Source: an uncultured Clostridia bacterium (GTDB lineage: Bacteria; Bacillota; Clostridia; Christensenellales; UBA1242). From it: DNA of 64,000 bases. Positions 53,873-62,707 of this stretch are shown here, in pieces. Made by a program: the position numbers and the translations under genes. How positions within the stretch are numbered: position 1 is the first letter of the stretch; each line of letters begins with the position of its first letter. Where the stretch lies: the NCBI GenBank assembly GCA_949841045.1, contig CATKXS010000005.1:650-64649 (forward strand). Reading direction: 5' to 3'. Below the pieces are notes generated by a model, which had not been told where the DNA came from, ran no database searches, and saw only the letters and a program-made list of their open reading frames with translations.

Positions 53873-54859
53873 ATGTATTGGGATAAAGGAGATATTGCTT
53901 TTTTTACTATAATGGGTACAATTGCATTGGGAACAGTTGGTGCAGTCGGAGGGCTTATTGCACATGGAATAAACGTAGGAGTTGTTAGTGCTAGCGTTGG
54001 TAACAATATTACTAAAATAGAAGAAAAGAGAAAAGAGCTCAGTAATATTGTTGCAAATAAAGCAAATATCGATAACTTTGATATTGCTTCGGTTGAACTT
54101 GCTAGAGGTGCAGAGGACAAATATTTATTTAAGGCTTTTGGCAGCACAAGTTACGAACAAATTGTAGGGCTAAAAGAAAACAAATATCTAAATGTTTTCT
54201 TTGAAATTTCACAATATGACGCAAACAAGATTATGGACAGCGTAAGAAAACTAGATGAGACCGAGAGAAGAAGAGATTTGACTTCAACTGAGCATAGTGC
54301 AATTTTAGATGAAACACAAGTAAATGAATGGAAATTTACTGAAAACGGAAGAATTGGAAAAACTACTGACGCTTGTGTAGAATTATATAACGCAATGAAC
54401 GAGGCTGTTCAAAGAGCTTATTCGTCAAAATTTGAGGAGATTTTTGAGGCAAGCAACATAAACAACGCAACTTCAAAAGTTTATAGATATATGAGACCAG
54501 AGTTTGTTGGTGACACTCATGTAAGCGGATTCTTTGCACATGGAAATACAGTTTTTGTAAATGCAGGTGTTATGACAACTAATATTTCTCAAGTTATAAA
54601 AGATGAAGAGAAAGGCATAAGTTATTTCTTAGTCGATACTTTGCAAGGTCGTGAAAATAATGGAGATATTGTTGTAGATACTTGTCGTGCAAGAGTTGAA
54701 ATTGAAGGTACAGACCTATCTCAAGAAGAGGTTTATGCTAAATTTGTAAAAGGCGAGTATTCAAGCTTTGTTGAACTGGCTCGAGAAAAAGTTGGAAGCA
54801 AGGTTAGTGTTGTAAATAATGCGCTTGCCTCTGATGTTGAAGAAATTGAACTCTTGTAG
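53873..54859 (+). CDS. N-terminally membrane-anchored protein, function unknown
   Basis: ORF-track frame 53843..54859. ATG 53873 follows AAGGAGGGG. One TM segment, then about 290 aa predicted extracytoplasmic. Confidence 0.6.
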   Translation: MYWDKGDIAFFTIMGTIALGTVGAVGGLIAHGINVGVVSASVGNNITKIEEKRKELSNIVANKANIDNFDIASVELARGAEDKYLFKAFGSTSYEQIVGLKENKYLNVFFEISQYDANKIMDSVRKLDETERRRDLTSTEHSAILDETQVNEWKFTENGRIGKTTDACVELYNAMNEAVQRAYSSKFEEIFEASNINNATSKVYRYMRPEFVGDTHVSGFFAHGNTVFVNAGVMTTNISQVIKDEEKGISYFLVDTLQGRENNGDIVVDTCRARVEIEGTDLSQEEVYAKFVKGEYSSFVELAREKVGSKVSVVNNALASDVEEIELL

Positions 54860-54988
54860 GCGATGAAATTGTAATTAATTTGGCGTTTAACTTTGATTTT
54901 TAATGGTATAAATACTTATAAAAAGTGGCAAATTATTCACATTTCACAATGTATTACTATGTATTTGCTAGTAATATCAAAAATTAGT

Positions 54989-55027
54989 AAAAAGTGCCTA
55001 AGACATGCAAAAAGTGCCTAAGGCACA
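54989..55027 (+). repeat. two hairpin units, A5-GTGCCTAAGACATGC-A5-GTGCCTAAGGCAC
   Basis: Read directly. The second is a perfect palindrome identical to the one at 8009. Confidence 0.7.
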
Positions 55028-55066
55028 CAAAAAGAGCAAAAATTTATGGATTTTTGCTCTTTTTTA
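55028..55066. terminator. bidirectional Rho-independent terminator
   Basis: agagcaaaaat / atttttgctct 11-bp stem with A- and T-runs, between convergent genes. Confidence 0.8.
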
Positions 55067-55119
55067 ATGATTTTTTGTGAAAATTTTATCAATTTTTATT
55101 AGTTTTAATTAAAGTTTGC

Positions 55120-55779
55120 TTAAATTCTTGTTACGCTTGCAGCTGTTGGATATAATGGCAAATCATCGAGTCCTGGACAAACGCTTCCTGATTGACATGC
55201 TTGGCATGGTGGAATTACTGGGTAGCCATATGATGGAACAAGTAAGTCTACAACGGCAGTTACTTTGATAAGCACTTGAAGGCAACCAGTAACTGTGAAT
55301 GCGTTATCTGGAGTGTATGTTCCAATTTGACTTGTGAAAATTGCGTTTACTTTAATATCAATTGGTGAGAGTGATGGTTGTGGAACAAAAAGCATGCTAC
55401 ATTTTTGTATTGTTATGCTTGACGTTGCTGTTCCGATAACGCCGTTTGCATCACGATAAGTAACAGTAAGTGGTACTGTTATTGTCATTGATACATTTGC
55501 GTAGTTTGGTGAATTTTCAATTCTGTCTATTACAAGGTCGGTCACTGTTGGTTCGTTGCCAACTTGGTTTTGTGCCGATATGTAAGTAAGAGGCAGAGCT
55601 GGATTTGCTGGATTAAAACCGCTAAGTGGGAGAACTATCCCTGTTTCTGTTGTTTGAGACACACATGCGTCAAATACTTTGGTTATCTCAATTAGTACTT
55701 TTTCACAAATCCCATTTACTGGATTGCTTGTCATTGGACCAGGTCTATTGGGATTTGTATTGTTTATATAAAATGACAT
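55120..55779 (-). CDS. Cys-containing beta-rich hypothetical protein (possible spore-surface structural protein, speculative)
   Basis: 219 aa, T/V/P-rich. N-terminal ICEKVLIEITKVFDAC and a C-terminal Cys cluster CQACQSGSVC. No SD-independent support. Confidence 0.5.
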   Translation of the reverse strand: MSFYINNTNPNRPGPMTSNPVNGICEKVLIEITKVFDACVSQTTETGIVLPLSGFNPANPALPLTYISAQNQVGNEPTVTDLVIDRIENSPNYANVSMTITVPLTVTYRDANGVIGTATSSITIQKCSMLFVPQPSLSPIDIKVNAIFTSQIGTYTPDNAFTVTGCLQVLIKVTAVVDLLVPSYGYPVIPPCQACQSGSVCPGLDDLPLYPTAASVTRI

Positions 55780-56022
55780 TTTACCTCCTCATTTTTATAG
55801 CCATTAGAGCAGGAGGCTCTAGGCATACAATCTAATATATGAAATTTAGGTTAATTATTGTGCATGAAAAAAATCAATTGACTTTCTTTTGCCTTTTTGT
55901 TATCATTAAATAGTTAAAAAAGTTGTGACGGTGATGAAAAATTGGGAAGCTAAGATTTGCACCTAAGGCGAATTGTTGAGGCTTCTAAATTACCTAACTT
56001 CAGTTTAAAATAAGGAGTAATT

Positions 56023-57118
56023 ATGATTTTAGATAATGTTAAAATTAGACTTGCACAAATGAGAGATGAGATTGATTTTATAAAGGAGTGTCTTTGACAA
56101 GGGCGACCTTGAAAAGCAGTTAAAAGAGCTTCAGGCTCAGCAGTCTGAAGAAGGATTCTATCTTGACCAAGCGCGGGTTCTCGAAATTGGCAAGAAAGTC
56201 AAAAGTCTTGAAGGTAAAAAGAATTTAATCAACCTCTTAAATTGGCTCTATGATGATTGTAGGGCTTATGTTGAACTTATTGAAGAGACGCATGATACAT
56301 CGCTTGATGGGGAGGTTGAATTAAGCCTGCACAAGCTTGAAAGCGAAGTTGATAAGGCAAAAATTCAAACTCTTTTAAGAGGCAAGTATGATTCCTATGA
56401 TACGATTATGACTATCCATGCTGGCGCTGGCGGTACAGAGGCTCAGGACTGGGCTGATATGCTTTATCGAATGTACCGAATGTACTGCGAAAGTGTTGGC
56501 TACAAGCTTTCAGTTGTTGACGTGTTGAATGGTGACGAGGCGGGACTAAAATCAATTACTTTTGAGGTGAGTGGTGAAAACGCTTATGGATTTTTAAAGG
56601 CAGAAAAAGGTGTTCATAGACTTGTACGAATTTCACCTTTTGATGCAAATGCAAGAAGGCACACCTCTTTTGCAAGCGTGGAAGTTATGCCAAAGCTTGA
56701 CGAGAGTCCTAATATTGAAATCCGCTCTGAAGATTTGAAGATTGACACATATCGTTCTTCTGGCGCTGGAGGTCAGAATGTCAATAAGACCGAGAGTGCA
56801 GTAAGAATTACACATATTCCAACGGGAATAGTTGTTTCTTGTCAGGTTGAGCGTTCTCAGGTGCAAAACAAAGAAAGAGCTATGAATATGCTTTATTCTC
56901 GTCTTGCCGAAAAAGAAGAACGTGAAGAGCTTGAAAAACTTGCAAATATTCGTGGCGAAGTTAAGAAAATCGAGTGGGGAAGCCAGATTCGCAGTTATGT
57001 TTTCTGTCCTTATACGCTTGTTAAGGACCACCGTACTGGCTATGAAGACAGTAATGTCGCTTCGGTTATGGACGGAAATATTCAAGAATTCATTAACGAA
57101 TATTTAAAGAAGATTTAA
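56023..57118 (+). CDS. prfB: peptide chain release factor 2, requires programmed +1 frameshift at 56092-56098
   Basis: Frame 1 reads MILDNVKIRLAQMRDEIDFIKECL, then an in-frame TGA within CTT TGA C, preceded by AGGAG. The +1 frame continues DKGDLEKQ... into the track ORF 56408..57118, which carries SPF and GGQ (SGAGGQNVNK). Confidence 0.93.
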
Positions 57119-57134
57119 TAAAAGGTATTTTATT

Positions 57135-58214
57135 ATGAGTTATCAAAGCGATGCTTTAGAAAAATTTAATAATTTAAAAAACAAAAAAGATGTGATTGTT
57201 TTATCTATTGAAAGTTCTTGTGATGAAACGAGTATTGCTGTTGTCAAAAATGGTAGAGAAGTTTTATCAAATATCATTGCAACTCAAATAGAAATCCACA
57301 GGCGCTTTGGCGGCGTTGTGCCAGAAGTTGCATCTAGAAATCACATTCTTGCCATTTCAAATGTCTGCAAAGAGGCACTTAACGAGGCGGGAATTTCTGA
57401 GAAGGACATTGACGCTATTGCTGTAACTTATGGTGCGGGGCTAATGGGTGCGCTTCTTGTGGGGGTTAACTTTGCAAAAGGACTTGCTTATAGCTTGGGA
57501 CTTCCTCTTATTAAGGTTAGTCATGTGCATGGACATATTTCTGCAAACTATATCTCTCATGAAAAGTTAGAGCCACCTTTTATATGTCTTTTGGTTAGCG
57601 GTGGGCATACTGCTATTTTAAAAGTTGAAGGATATAACAAATTTGTAAGGCTAGGCACAACTGTAGATGACGCGGTTGGAGAAGCCTTTGATAAAGTTGC
57701 AAGAGTTCTTAGCCTTCCTTATCCAGGAGGACCTGAAATTGACAAACTTGCAAAAGAAGGAAAAAATGTTTATCATTTCACTGTTTCAAATAGTTTAAAA
57801 AACACCTATGATTTTTCTTTCAGTGGGATTAAGACAGAGGTGGTAAACCTCGTTCACAATGCTACGCAAAAGGGCGAAACACTGAATTTTGCAGATATTG
57901 CCTCATCTTTTCAGGAATGTGTTACTGATGAACTTGCTTTAAAAGCGGTTAAGGCTTGTAAAAACTATGACTTGAAAAAATTGGTTGTTGCGGGTGGCGT
58001 TGGTGCAAATTCAAGATTGAAAGAAAAATTAGGTGCTCTTTGTGAGGAAAACAATATTAAATTTTATAGTCCATCTTTGAAGTATTGCACTGATAATGGT
58101 GCAATGATAGGTTCAATGGCTTATTATATGATTAAGGACGGAATTGGACTTGCTGATTTAAGTTTAACAGCAAAACCAAATATTGATTTGCAACAGCCTA
58201 ACGTCGTGCGATAA
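57135..58214 (+). CDS. tsaD: tRNA N6-adenosine threonylcarbamoyltransferase TsaD
   Basis: LSIESSCDETS, HVHGHI, VSGGHT and VAGGVGAN motifs. Confidence 0.9.
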   Translation: MSYQSDALEKFNNLKNKKDVIVLSIESSCDETSIAVVKNGREVLSNIIATQIEIHRRFGGVVPEVASRNHILAISNVCKEALNEAGISEKDIDAIAVTYGAGLMGALLVGVNFAKGLAYSLGLPLIKVSHVHGHISANYISHEKLEPPFICLLVSGGHTAILKVEGYNKFVRLGTTVDDAVGEAFDKVARVLSLPYPGGPEIDKLAKEGKNVYHFTVSNSLKNTYDFSFSGIKTEVVNLVHNATQKGETLNFADIASSFQECVTDELALKAVKACKNYDLKKLVVAGGVGANSRLKEKLGALCEENNIKFYSPSLKYCTDNGAMIGSMAYYMIKDGIGLADLSLTAKPNIDLQQPNVVR

Positions 58215-58321
58215 TTGTAAGGAGCGCTTAATATTCTTATTGTTTCCTTCCTACAAAAACCGAATTATATAGGTTGAGTTTAAAGGAATGGGGAATTTTA
58301 GATATTAAATTATAAAGGTAA

Positions 58322-58740
58322 GTGGCTAAGCCACACGACAATCGCGCAGCGTAAGGCTGGGGAACGTAAAAATATAAAAATTAAAAATGGCTTACGAAAG
58401 TCGCGCAGCGTAAGGCTGTGGGAACGTAAAAATATAAAAATTTAAAAATGACTTACGAAAGTCGCGCAGCGTAAGGCTGTGGGAACGTAATATTAACAAA
58501 ACTTTAAATACAATAGACGATAAACGTCGAACATTTGGTTCGGCGGGAACGAAATAAATTTAAAAATCAAATATAACTAACGATAATGATGCAAACTAAG
58601 TTTGCTGGAACATAATAAAACCAAAACTTTAGATATGTCTTACGATAATCGCGCAGCGTAAGGCTGCTGGAACGTAATAATATAAAAATTTAAATACTAT
58701 AGACGATATTCGTGCAACATTTGTTTGCTGGGGAGGAAAT
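58322..58740 (+). repeat. tandem array of 8 hairpin units (58-63 bp period) ending on the U32 gene RBS
   Basis: ACGA boxes at 58336, 58394, 58454, 58517, 58580, 58642 and 58703. Stems vary (CAGCgTAAgGCTG x4, CGAACaTTTgGTTCG, GCAAACTAAGTTTGC, GCAAcATTTGtTTGC, GTGGCTAAGCCAC). 3' boxes are GGAAC(G/A)(T/A)AA. Confidence 0.9.
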
Positions 58741-58741
58741 T

Positions 58742-59923
58742 ATGGAATTACTTGCACCTGCTGGTAATTTTGAAAAACTTGTTACCGCTGTCCACTTCGG
58801 GGCAGATGCGGTTTATTTTTCAGGCAAAACTCTAGGACTTCGCGCCTTTGCTGGCAATTTCAGCAATGACGAAATTAAGTCCGCTATGGAATTTTTGCAT
58901 AGCCACGCCAAAAAAGGTTATATCACTCTCAATATCGTTGCAAAAGATGTTGACTTTGTTGGTCTAGACGATTATCTTAAAGTGCTTGAAGAGGCAAAGG
59001 TGGACGGCGTTATTGTTTCAGACGTGGGTCTTATTTACTATATCCGTAAGAACTTTCCGTCAATTGATGTTCATGTGTCAACTCAGGCAAACGTAAACAA
59101 CTCTCAGTCAGCAAAATTCTATGCTGATATGGGAGTTACTAGAATTGTGCTTGCAAGAGAACTTAATCTTGAAGATATTAAAAAAATTCATGACAATGTT
59201 AAAAATGTTGAAATTGAAACCTTTGTGCATGGTGCAATGTGTATTTCCTATTCTGGAAGATGCCTGCTGTCAAACTATTTGACTGGCAGAGATAGCAATA
59301 GGGGTGCTTGCGTTCAAGCTTGTAGGTGGAAATATTATATCCGCGAAGAAAACCGCGAAGATGAATATCCTATTGAAGAGGATGAACGCGGAACATATAT
59401 TTTAAACTCAAAAGATATGTGCCTTATTGATTATGTTGACAAATTGAGAGATGCAGGAATTGCAAGCTTGAAAATTGAAGGTCGAATGAAATCAGATTAT
59501 TATGTTGCCAGCGTTGTCAATGCGTACAGACGAGCACTTGACGGCTTTGACGATTTTAATCTTCTTCATGACGAACTTGAAAAAACCAGTCACAGACGTT
59601 ATACAACAGGTTTTTACTTTAATTCTGACGACAAAGAATATTTGAACGACAGCATGCCTGTTCAAACCTATGAATTTATGGCTAAGGCTGTGGAAGATGC
59701 AAAAGAGGGCAGGGTTAAAGTTGAAATGAGAAACAAGTTTAGACTTGGTGATGAACTTGAGGTGCTATCGCCTGATGATAATTTCTTAAAGAAGATTAAA
59801 ATTGAGAGCATTATAAACTCAATAGGCGAAAATGTAGAAGAAGCGAAAAGGGTGCAAGAAATAGTGGAAATTAACTGTCCATTTGCTCTTAAAAAAGGTG
59901 ATATTTTAAGACGTGAATCTTAA
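58742..59923 (+). CDS. peptidase U32 family protein
   Basis: MELLAPAGN start typical of U32, E..VHGAMCISYSGRC motif, and a C-terminal beta-barrel domain. ATG 58742 follows GGGGAGG. Confidence 0.85.
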   Translation: MELLAPAGNFEKLVTAVHFGADAVYFSGKTLGLRAFAGNFSNDEIKSAMEFLHSHAKKGYITLNIVAKDVDFVGLDDYLKVLEEAKVDGVIVSDVGLIYYIRKNFPSIDVHVSTQANVNNSQSAKFYADMGVTRIVLARELNLEDIKKIHDNVKNVEIETFVHGAMCISYSGRCLLSNYLTGRDSNRGACVQACRWKYYIREENREDEYPIEEDERGTYILNSKDMCLIDYVDKLRDAGIASLKIEGRMKSDYYVASVVNAYRRALDGFDDFNLLHDELEKTSHRRYTTGFYFNSDDKEYLNDSMPVQTYEFMAKAVEDAKEGRVKVEMRNKFRLGDELEVLSPDDNFLKKIKIESIINSIGENVEEAKRVQEIVEINCPFALKKGDILRRES

Positions 59924-60043
59924 GACGGAGTATATTTACATTTTATAAAAAATAGTAAGCAGAGATAATCTGCTCTTGCTCGTTTAGTGGCAAGTTTTGG
60001 TTGTGAAAGATTTAAGAAAATGTTCTGATTTATTTTTAAAACA

Positions 60044-60056
60044 GGGCGTAATGCCC
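60044..60056 (+). repeat. singleton palindrome GGGCGTAATGCCC abutting a -35 box
   Basis: A variant of GGGCATAATGCCC; the T after it begins TTGACA. Confidence 0.75.
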
Positions 60057-60057
60057 T

Positions 60058-60086
60058 TTGACAAAGATATATAAATATGTTAAGAT
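60058..60086 (+). promoter_or_regulatory. Sigma-A type promoter of sepF (extended -10)
   Basis: TTGACA, 17-nt spacer, TGT-TAAGAT. Confidence 0.55.
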
Positions 60087-60111
60087 TGTTTAATTCAAAT
60101 GAGGTGAAGAA

Positions 60112-60474
60112 ATGGGATTTATGGGTAATGTTTTTAAGGTGCTTGGTTTTGAAAGTGAAAGCAAACCAAAAGCAGCAAAAAAAGTTCAAACAAAGGCAAC
60201 TTATAGTTTAAAAAAAACAAGTTCAAGACCAGAACAAATTGATGGCATTTCTGTCTATTATCCAGAGAAAAAAGAGCAGTGTAAGGATTTTGTCGTTTTT
60301 GTAAAAGAGGGAAAAGCAATCATTATTTCCACTGATTATTGCGGAAGTGAAGAGAATGAGGGGGCTATTGACTTTTTGAAAGGATTTGCTCTTGGCGCAA
60401 ACGCAAGAATGATTACGCTCAATGAAAACAGAATGTTTTTAATTCTGCCGGAGGGAATGGAAGTTGAAGAATAA
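60112..60474 (+). CDS. sepF: cell division protein SepF
   Basis: N-terminal amphipathic MGFMGNVFKVLGF and a C-terminal domain with AIDFLKGFALGANARM..L....FLILP. Confidence 0.75.
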   Translation: MGFMGNVFKVLGFESESKPKAAKKVQTKATYSLKKTSSRPEQIDGISVYYPEKKEQCKDFVVFVKEGKAIIISTDYCGSEENEGAIDFLKGFALGANARMITLNENRMFLILPEGMEVEE

Positions 60475-61159
60475 ACTCAAAAACTTTTTTAAAGATAGGC
60501 AAAGTTTGTCAATTTTTCTTTGCATTGTTTCTTTTGTAACATTTATTTTACTTGACCAACTCACAAAAGGACTTTTAATTCCAAAAGTTATTCCTGATGT
60601 GGGGGATATGCAAAAAGTTATTCCTGGTTTTATTTCTTTCGTCTTTGTAAAAAATTATGGGGCTGCTTGGGGAATCTTTCAAAACAATAATATATTTTTG
60701 ATTATTGCAAGCATATTGGGAATTTTGCTTGTTGGAGTTTTCTATCTTTTAAGAGTTATGAGGGCGGGACAAAAAAGCTCAAGATTGTTTGCGTTGGCAG
60801 TTGGGTTTATTATAAGCGGAGCACTTGGCAATCTTATAGATAGAATTGCTTTTGGTTATGTGCGCGACTTTATCAATTTTGATTTTATCAGTTTTCCAGT
60901 ATTCAACTTTGCTGATATTGCCTTGACATTAGGAATAATAATGCTTCTTATCTATATTTTATTCTACTATTCAAAAGAATGTCCTGACGAAGAAGGAGTA
61001 TTTAAAATTTCTAAAAATAAAGAGAAATCAGCCAAAAATAACGAAAAAACCGATGAAAAACCTGAAAAAATTGAAGAAAAAGACCAATTATCACAAAATG
61101 AGAATGTCAAGAAAGATAAATTTGACGAGGAGGACGAATCCGAAAATGACATGCGGTAA
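60464..61159 (+). CDS. lspA: signal peptidase II with K/E-rich C-terminal extension
   Basis: VKNYGAAWG, GALGNLIDR and FNFADIALT motifs. TTG start follows GGAGGG. Confidence 0.85.
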   Translation: MKNKLKNFFKDRQSLSIFLCIVSFVTFILLDQLTKGLLIPKVIPDVGDMQKVIPGFISFVFVKNYGAAWGIFQNNNIFLIIASILGILLVGVFYLLRVMRAGQKSSRLFALAVGFIISGALGNLIDRIAFGYVRDFINFDFISFPVFNFADIALTLGIIMLLIYILFYYSKECPDEEGVFKISKNKEKSAKNNEKTDEKPEKIEEKDQLSQNENVKKDKFDEEDESENDMR

Positions 61160-62048
61160 TTTTATTTCTACTGTGGAAGGTCGCCTCGATAGAGTGGTTC
61201 AAGAAAAGTTACCCGAACTTAGTCGCTCTCATATCAAGACTTTGATAGAAGATGGGAAAATTCTTTTTAAAGGGAAAAAGGTTAAAGCTGGACAGCAGGT
61301 TCAAATAGGCGATGAAATCGAATATCAAATTGACGAACCTAAAGACTTGGAAGTTGAAGCTCAAGAGGTTGATTTTGACATCGTTTATGAAGATGATGAT
61401 ATTGTTGTAATAAATAAACCGCAAGGGCTTGTTGTTCATCCGTGTCAGTCAACAAAGGATGGCACACTTGTAAACGGACTTCTGTTTAAGGTGAAAAACT
61501 TAAGTGGTATAAATGGAGTTTTAAGACCTGGCATTGTGCATAGGCTTGACAAAAACACCTCCGGTCTTATGATAGTTGCCAAGAATGATTATGCTCATAA
61601 TGCTCTTGCTAAAGAGATTTCAGAAAAGGTGAATTTTAAAAGGTGTTATATTGCACTTTGCGAGGGGCACTTTAAAAATCAAGAAGGGAGAATTGAGAGT
61701 TATATTGCCCGCGACAAAAAAGACAGAAAGAAAATGGCAGTAAGCGATAGCGGTAGGTATGCGATTACAAATTATAGGGTCAAGGAAAGTATTGGCAAAT
61801 ATGACCTTGTTGAGTTTTTGCTTGAAACGGGTAGAACTCATCAAATACGAGTGCACTGTAAAATGCTCAATCATCCAATTGTTGGAGATGACGTTTATGG
61901 ACATGGCGAGAAGGGGCTTAATGGTCAACTTTTGCATTCATATAAGCTTGAATTCTTGCATCCAAGAAATAATAAAGTCATGAGTTTTGAAGTGCCACTC
62001 CCAAATTATTTTGAAGATTTTTTAAATAAAAAAAGAACCACACTTTAG
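61146..62048 (+). CDS. rluD: RluA-family 23S rRNA pseudouridine synthase (RluD-like)
   Basis: S4 domain, HRLDKNTSGLM catalytic motif and GRTHQIRVH. ATG 61146 overlaps the lspA end. Confidence 0.88.
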   Translation: MTCGNFISTVEGRLDRVVQEKLPELSRSHIKTLIEDGKILFKGKKVKAGQQVQIGDEIEYQIDEPKDLEVEAQEVDFDIVYEDDDIVVINKPQGLVVHPCQSTKDGTLVNGLLFKVKNLSGINGVLRPGIVHRLDKNTSGLMIVAKNDYAHNALAKEISEKVNFKRCYIALCEGHFKNQEGRIESYIARDKKDRKKMAVSDSGRYAITNYRVKESIGKYDLVEFLLETGRTHQIRVHCKMLNHPIVGDDVYGHGEKGLNGQLLHSYKLEFLHPRNNKVMSFEVPLPNYFEDFLNKKRTTL

Positions 62049-62061
62049 GTGTGGATTTTTT
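62038..62061 (+). terminator. Rho-independent terminator overlapping the rluD stop
   Basis: ccacac / gtgtgg stem with the TAG stop in the loop, then T6. Confidence 0.65.
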
Positions 62062-62073
62062 ATGGGTTCAAAA

Positions 62074-62454
62074 TTAAGTTATTGATTGGAATTCTGTAAT
62101 TCCGATATGGCGTTTCTTTCTTTCAATTTCAATCAAACTTGAAATGAGGTCTCTCACCTTGTATGGGTTTGCCACATGACGAAGGTGGAATTGAGGTGAG
62201 TGAGCATCATTACTTGAAATCTCAAGAGTACCTGTTTTGAAAATTCTGTCGGCAAGAGATACCTTAAGAGTTACATCAAAGCATCTGTAAACATTGATTT
62301 CATCAATTATTGCTGAAAGGAAACCTTTATGTCTGAAGAATTTCACCCATTCGCCCTCTTTCTTCACTATGTAATATCTATAGAAAGAAATAGGTAATCC
62401 AAAGCGCCTTCTTCTATCATGCCAAATTACTTCACAATCTTTATCAAATCTCAT
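62074..62454 (-). CDS. bacterial PH (bPH)-like domain protein
   Basis: 126 aa. GTLEISSND....FHLRHVANPYKVRDLI pattern resembles YdbS/YdbT-type bPH domains. Confidence 0.5.
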   Translation of the reverse strand: MRFDKDCEVIWHDRRRRFGLPISFYRYYIVKKEGEWVKFFRHKGFLSAIIDEINVYRCFDVTLKVSLADRIFKTGTLEISSNDAHSPQFHLRHVANPYKVRDLISSLIEIERKKRHIGITEFQSIT

Positions 62455-62628
62455 TATAGGCCTCCTATTTATTTACTATGATTATTTTAGCAGCAAAAGA
62501 ACGAAATGTAAAGGGATTTTTTGAAAATTCTCTAATCGGCTTGAAAAAATCATTTAAGTTAATCGCTATCTAGGTGGAAATAAGATTATAACAGGAAAAA
62601 ATTACAAAAATTAAAAAATTATCAGAAA

Positions 62629-62651
62629 TCAAATCAAATAAATTGATTTGA
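62629..62651. promoter_or_regulatory. inverted repeat TCAAATCAA-ataaa-TTGATTTGA upstream of the surface-protein gene
   Basis: 9-bp perfect arms read directly in the divergent spacer. Confidence 0.3.
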
Positions 62652-62707
62652 ATTTTAAAAAAAGATATACAATAAATATATAGAAAAACAAAAAGAGGGG
62701 TAGGGGT

